A DNA stretch of 64,000 bases from Utricularia gibba (taxonomy: Eukaryota > Plantae > Magnoliophyta). The stretch lies in assembly GCA_002189035.1 (NCBI GenBank), contig NEEC01000010.1, forward strand, positions 1,116,001 through 1,180,000. The letters run 5' to 3'. Below, one piece after another: positions 57,704-64,000 of this stretch. The notes under the pieces are model-generated. The model worked only from the letters and a program-made list of their open reading frames with translations, ran no database searches and was not told the origin of the DNA. The position numbers and the translations under genes are program-made. Numbering within the stretch: position 1 is the stretch's first letter; each line of letters begins with the position of its first letter.

Positions 57704-60700
57704 ATGGAAATGTGGTCATTGGATTCGTTGGATGGGTTATTGTTTGCCGCTAGCAGAGTTTGTAGCAGTCCTCTCGCCTTATTCATTCAGATCCAGGTAT
57801 TTGCTCACGGTTGAACTGTGGAAATAGGGAATGCAGTAGCTGTAGGCTGGAGAAGTGGCTGGAATTGAATTTTACTGGCTGTCCGCTGAATTGACAGATT
57901 TGTTGCGTTGGATTGTATTCAGATTTGACATTAACTCAAAATAGGATGTAAAATTATTGTATTTGGTTTTTAGTGTACCGGTAGGGGGTTGCTTTAGGGT
58001 TTTTTGTGTGACTTGTCAACGAGTTGACGTTGTTTTCTGGTTTCAGGGTTTTGTAATTTGCTTGTTTCTAGCCCTTGGGTGGGCTTTGGCTTCTCATGTC
58101 AGGTGTCGAGCCTTTTTTCGTTTTCAGTTCATATGGTGGTAACAAATGTTGTTAGCCTTTATCAGTTACTTTGTGAAATGAACAGGAGTAAAGAGATACG
58201 AAGAATAAAAGAGAATATGAGAAGAGGCAATAGCTTTGCTTTTCTGTATCCTGATGTTAATGACCTCGAACACACTACACAGGCCAAATTGCCAATGGTG
58301 TCAGTTGTGATGCCCCTGAAAGGTTTCGGTGAACATAATCTTCATAACTGGAGAAGTCAGGTAGATTATCTATCATTTGTTTCCTCTGGAAGAATGAAAT
58401 GGGATTCATAAAGTTTATTCTTTGCAGTTGAGATCTAACTATTTGTTCGCTGCAGATTACCTCCTTATATGGTGGGTCCCTGGAGTTTCTTTTTGTTGTT
58501 GAGAGCAATGAAGACCCTGCTTACGTTGCAGTCTCTCGATTGTTGAAGGAATATGAGGTTTCCTTCCGCCGTCATATTTTTAAATCATATGATTGATAAG
58601 GATGTCAGCACAATCTCCTCTTGGCTTTTTGCATCTGCCGTCTCTGAATATAATCTATGGCTTTTGTTTAGAGATTACATCCAGTTTTTTGGTTATTTCT
58701 TGGAGTTTATAACCTGGGATTGATATTTTCTGTTAACTACTTTAATTTACGCAGGATACAGTTGATGCCAAAATTATAATTGCTGGCCTATCAACAACAT
58801 GTAGTCAAAAGATTCATAATCAGTTGGTATGATCTGGTTTCGAGCATTTTGTAAATGATAATGATTCAACACAATAATACATGAACGAATTTACATGATT
58901 ATTATATATTGGCTAGGTTGGCGTAGAGAAAATGCACAAGGATAGCAAGTATGTGTTATTTCTAGATGATGATGTCAGGCTGCATCCTGGATCTATTGGA
59001 GCTCTCACGGCTGAAATGATGAAGAACCCAGATGTAGGCTGTTATAATTTATTTTTATTGTGAGACGGCATTATTTTTCTTTTTTTTATGGAAAATTTCA
59101 TGATTGATGTGCTTGATGTTCTTTTCTGCACAAATTTCTGCAGATATTTATTCAAACAGGGTATCCTCTTGATTTACCTTCGGGGAGTTTAGGCAGTTAC
59201 TGCATATATGAGTATCATATGGTATGCCAATGCTGATCCCTCACCTAATAAGAATAAGATGGCCATACTCTCTGCAACACACGTTGAACTCTAAGCAGAT
59301 TGTCAAATGTTTCACTGAGAAAAAAACTTGCATTATATTAATTTGCTCCATTTATGTAGAAGTTTTTCAAGCTTTTGTGCTGTCGTGCCCATATTCTCGA
59401 TCTACATATATTTATGGTTAATGGTTTGCATTTTCTTGACCGTGTAGCCCTGTTCAATGGGATTCGCTACTGGTGGAAAAACATTCTTTTTATGGGGGGA
59501 TGCATGATGGTAAGCATTTGGTGCTGCTAGTAAGTCCGTTGCTTTTCAGACTTCCTTAATTTTGTCATTCCCTTTATTTCAGATGCATGCCGATGATTTT
59601 AGAACGGATCATCATGGTGTTGTCTCACAACTTCGAGATGGTGGTTATTCAGATGACATGACTCTTGCAGCGATTGCAAGTAATGTTTCAATCTCATGAT
59701 TCTGAGATCCATCAACAACTTGTGTTCCTGTTAGAGGACTCTCAATCGTGGCTGTGGATGAATTCATTTCTGATACTGTTCTTTACAGGCGCTCACAAGC
59801 GACTCATCACATCACCTCCAGTCGCTGTATTTCCTCACCCACTTGCCAGTGATCTTAGCTTTGGCAGGTTCTGTCTTTGTTGCCCAGTCTTTATCTTCAC
59901 TAGGCCATGAGATGTAATTTTTTATCACATGCCTTGGCATTCTGAACGGATTCTGTGAATGAAGGTACTGGAATTATTTAAGGAAGCAAACATTTGTTCT
60001 GGAATCGTACACATCAAAAGTTAACTGGATTATGAACCGAGCATTATTCTCTTCCCACTGCTACTTGTCATGGGGATTCTCCATGCCATACGTCATTTCT
60101 GCCATAAATGTTGCAGCAGCACTGAGACTTTACTACAAAGGCTACCCGTATGGTGAAGATGCAGCTTTGCGATGGCCTGGTTAGTTAGTCTATACAGTTT
60201 TTTTTCCTCCAAATACCCCCTTCTTCCATCATGCTTTGAATACTATGGACTCACTCTTAGTTATAACTTTGTGTTATAGAATAAAGTAGCAGACACAAAC
60301 ACCCTTAACAAGCCAAATTTCGGCCACTCTTCTTGGTCGCAGGTCTGTCAACAGCTGCTTGTCATTTAGTATGTACAGTAATCGAACTTCTTTCCATGTG
60401 GAATTTGACAAGAGTGGAGGTTCATCTCTGCAACTTGCTTTCCCCAGAAGCATCTCCACTATCTCTCGCTTCCTACAACTGGTGTCTTGTTAGTACATCC
60501 TTTTTATGTCTTCCTTCTGCAGACCTTTTGACTTCATAAAATTGTTATCCCATATTCTTTTTATTTATGAACAGGTGTTTATTGCCATGCTGGTTGACAA
60601 CTTCCTGTATCCAATATCAGCTTTTAGATCACATTTTTCTCAGTCCATCAATTGGTCCGGCATCAGGTATCATTTAAAGAACGGGAAAATCTACAAGGTA

Positions 60701-60967
60701 CAGTTTTTCCAAAATCTCCTGATGTTCCTTTACTTCGCTACAAGAAATAACAACATCAATAGTGACATCTCGAGCTTGCAATATAAGAATGAATCTCTTA
60801 TGATTTTTCGACAGATCGAAAGAAGCAAGGGTAAGGGTCCCAAGTTCACGGATCTGGGTGGTAAGCATCTGTATGGGAAGAAAGGTTCACCCAACCACTA
60901 TTCCTTTCTTAAATCTTTATCTAAAACCTTTGGCCAATGGCGGCAACCCAAGAAGTATGACGTATAG
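57704..60967 (+). CDS. GCS: Glucosylceramide synthase (GT21 ceramide glucosyltransferase, At2g19880-type); one apparent -1 frameshift
   Basis: 14 exons: 57704-57796, 58047-58102, 58186-58360, 58456-58557, 58755-58826, 58917-59033, 59144-59221, 59448-59509, 59583-59679, 59789-59867, 59965-60179, 60343-60488, 60575-60697, 60815-60967. Motifs VSVVMPLKGFGEHNLHNWRSQ, CSQKIHNQL, LFLDDDV, GGYSDDMTLA, RYWNYLRKQTF and WRQPKKYDV. Exon 8 is 62 nt where 63 are needed. Confidence 0.94.
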
Positions 60968-61480
60968 AGTCGGATTGTAGTAACCAGCACCAGCATCTTC
61001 ATACATTTTATGATTCTTTCTCCTCCCTGGGTTCGAACAATCGGTTGCAAGAACGCCAGGTCCTGACATTCTGTAGGGCCACTCTGGTCGGTGTGATCTG
61101 AGCTTCCTTTCATTCTTTTTCTGACTGTTGGTTGATTCCAAATAACTTCATCAGTTTGTTGGCTGATTCATCATGTATTTGTGTTGTTGTTTTGTAATCT
61201 TCTGGGGCTGTTTTGTTCATCTCAGATGCTCCTATGACTGCAGCCAGCTTGTCCAAGGTTAGTGCACTTGGTAATAATCTTACTTGCAAGAAGACTATAT
61301 GGTCTATGGCTGCCTGTCATTGGATCTTATTTCCCATGCTCATGATAATATGCATACATGAGGTGGTTGTCTGATGCATCTGTTTGATCTTATTAGTCAC
61401 GTTTGGAGTGATTGGTGGCCTTTTTTTTATTTACCACGTGAGGGTAATCAATTCGTAAACAATCAAGCAGTAGAATAGGA

Positions 61481-62090
61481 TTAGACAAGGTCAGGATCTT
61501 CGCTTAGGAAGTCACAAGCCACAAGCGGCGACTGATCGGAGTATTCCCATGCTTCGTCCATTGCTAGTTCAAACTCTTCCAGGCATCCTCCCAGCTTCGG
61601 CAGCTCGACTATCTCCTGAAGATCCTCCGGGGCCGCCGAGGACAATTCACAACTCAAAGAAGAGGAGGAAGAGGGTAACGGGGAACCCCGGCGAGGATTA
61701 TGTAACTGCTGATGATCCAGCATGGCAGCCTTCGCGGCGGCGGCCTGTACATCCTGCGGAAACTGCGTCGCGGGGCGGGGAGAAGGTCTGAGATTTGGGG
61801 GAAGTTGAGGACGGCGGCGCTGCCTTTCAGAGCCAGCGCCGCCACATCATGCGCACGCGCCGCCATCTCTGCGGTGGCGAAGGTCCCCAGCCAGATCCTT
61901 GATTTCTTCTTGGGCTCCCTGATTTCGGATACCCATTTGCCCCATGCCCGCATTCTGACACCTCGGTAGGCCACACCCTTCCACCGCCGTCCCCGCCTTT
62001 AGTAGATCTCTTCGATTTATTATTCCTCCACGCACCGCCGTCACTCTCTCTACGCCTCTTCTCGGAGCAGGAGCCCGGCGGCTCAGCCAT
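61481..62090 (-). CDS. AP2/ERF transcription factor, DREB A-4 (TINY-like), intronless; two apparent -1 frameshifts
   Basis: Three consecutive segments in different frames: [15 protein letters not shown]..., then [31 protein letters not shown]...[22 protein letters not shown], then [18 protein letters not shown]...EIVELPKL. Junctions lie in C3 61976-61978 (or C4 61991-61994) and G4 61777-61780. Confidence 0.9.
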
Positions 62091-63395
62091 GGCTTCAACA
62101 AAGACGGCGTCGATGAGTAGAATCAAAGAACCGAATGGAGGGAGTTCGTTATGCATGGGAATGTATTACGTGTTTCCTCATATATAGAATGTGGTGTCGT
62201 CTTCCTAGCTGCTTTTTCAGTTAAAAAAAAAAAAAAAAACTCTTATGTCATGTTTTCTTATATTTAAATAATAAAAAAATAATTGGGAGCCTTGTTTAAA
62301 CATTCTGGAAGAACAGGACGTAGATAATCTGACCAATTCCTAAAATGTGTGCATGCACATGTTAAAAAGGAAATCATCGATGTTGGTATTTTTTTACACT
62401 TAGTTTGATAATTGAGTATTAATATATTTAAATATAGTATAATTGTATATAATCTTTAATATTTAAGAATATAAATCAAATTATATGAGTGATATAAATA
62501 TAATTAATCCATCTTCTATTTGTGTATATCACACACATACTCAAAATGAGTATGTAAGTAATATAGTTATACAAAACTAACATATATATATACTAGTTAA
62601 TTAAATAACGATTTATGTATAAATTTTTTATATTATACTATCAAACAATCTCTTAGAACTATGATAATCTATATATTATACTTGCAGATGATAAATAGAT
62701 CATACTTTGAAATCAGATTATACTTTTGTGTTGTGTGTTTGGCCCCCAATTCGGTTTGTAGAGTAGGGAATGAGATGGAAGGGAGGAGGAACGAAGGGCA
62801 AGAGCGTCACCCAATAAGAGATTAGGGGTAATTAAGCACAATAATTACCCGCTAATCCCCCTCAATAATGCTAGAGTTTATTTCAACGCCCCTCCTTCCA
62901 ACTAACTACAGCCTAATACTACTCTATTAGCCAATTAATCTCCACTTAAACACACACACCCCACATCTCCATTCTCTTTCAAGAAACAATCTTCACTTCC
63001 AGTTAAACCATCATATCTCGTGTGTATGATTGCGTGTTGACGTGGACTTCTTCACCCAACTCTAGGTTATGCTCATGGCATAACATAGAATCAATTATGT
63101 GTGTGCGTATGTGTGTGTATTTAATAAAATTCAAGTTATATTAAATTTAAATGATTCTAATTTTCAAATATTTTTTTAAAATGAATATATAGGGTATATT
63201 ATGTGTTAAGAATTTTAGGACATGATTTTATTTAATTTTTGATGATTTTAATTTTTAACTCTTATATATTAAAAGCAAGCATAAATTCAGATAATGTGAT
63301 TAACTTTATAAATTATTAAATTTCTTTAATATCTGTTTTACTAATTAAATAAAATATTAATTAGAAAATTATATTATTAATTTTTTATTTATTCT

Positions 63396-63550
63396 AAAAA
63401 TACATCTATATCATAACATTAAATTATATAATAATCTAATATATTAAATTTTAAATTTTAAAATATAATTTTCCACTATTTTATAAAATAGTTTTACAAT
63501 CTCAAAACTGATTTTATTTATATAATTTTAAAATTGATTTTATTCTATAT
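63396..63550. repeat. AT-rich dispersed repeat, copy B (copy A at 16140-16290)
   Basis: AAAAATACATCTATATCATAACATTAAATTATATAATAATCTAATATATTAAA matches copy A at 48 of 53 positions. Confidence 0.7.
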
Positions 63551-63876
63551 AATTTGAAGTATACCTCTGAATTACAGAACCAGCTCATAATTATTTTATA
63601 ATTGATCTCTAAATGATGAAGATTGAAGAATCAGAAACAAAATATAATACAAAAAATATATGTATATATATTTATTTTGTTGACGTTTTAATTCCAGAAA
63701 TTCATCTTGTTGGATTTTTCGCATTAATGAGCTGATCTCTGCCGGTCCAGAAACCAGGCCCACAATCGGGGAGGGTTAATTGGGCTGCAGCCCAGCAGCA
63801 TTCAGACTCGTAGCCTAATCTAGTCCATTTATTGCACTTGGTCAACTTTTCATAGTTCATAAAATATTAGGCATAG

Positions 63877-63881
<5 letters not shown>

Positions 63882-63918
<37 letters not shown>
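63882..63918. repeat. (CT)18 microsatellite
   Basis: Uninterrupted CT run preceded by GGCCCA/site-II-like elements. It probably belongs to the promoter or 5' leader of a gene continuing beyond the window. Confidence 0.9.
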
Positions 63919-63921
<3 letters not shown>

Positions 63922-64000
63922 CTCTGGAGATCTTGATTTTTAAGAAAATAATATCGAAATTAATTTTCAGGATCGAATTTTCTATTCAAATATGTCAGGA

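Overview
Gene-dense angiosperm nuclear DNA; the species cannot be determined from the window. It holds 16 protein-coding genes: a 5'-truncated RPS4, a PYL ABA receptor, a TBL acetyltransferase, SIEL/INTS4, an atypical bHLH-ACT protein, a class III peroxidase, plastid EF-P, a 90-aa unknown, a type I membrane unknown, an IRK-like LRR-RLK, VSR, S6 kinase, BPP, a CML42-like protein, glucosylceramide synthase and a DREB A-4 factor. All 61 introns I modelled in the coding regions are GT-AG and 350 nt or shorter. AT-rich spacers carry decayed copia, PIF/Harbinger and possible hAT/LINE remnants, plus one clear Tourist-like MITE. The most striking pattern is nine apparent single-base deletions in 7 otherwise intact genes, each falling in a short G or C homopolymer. 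This is most likely an assembly error mode rather than biology, but it needs checking against reads. I found no rRNA, tRNA, CRISPR array or recognisable miRNA hairpin, and no convincing novel multi-gene system. All homology calls are from recalled protein families, not database searches.
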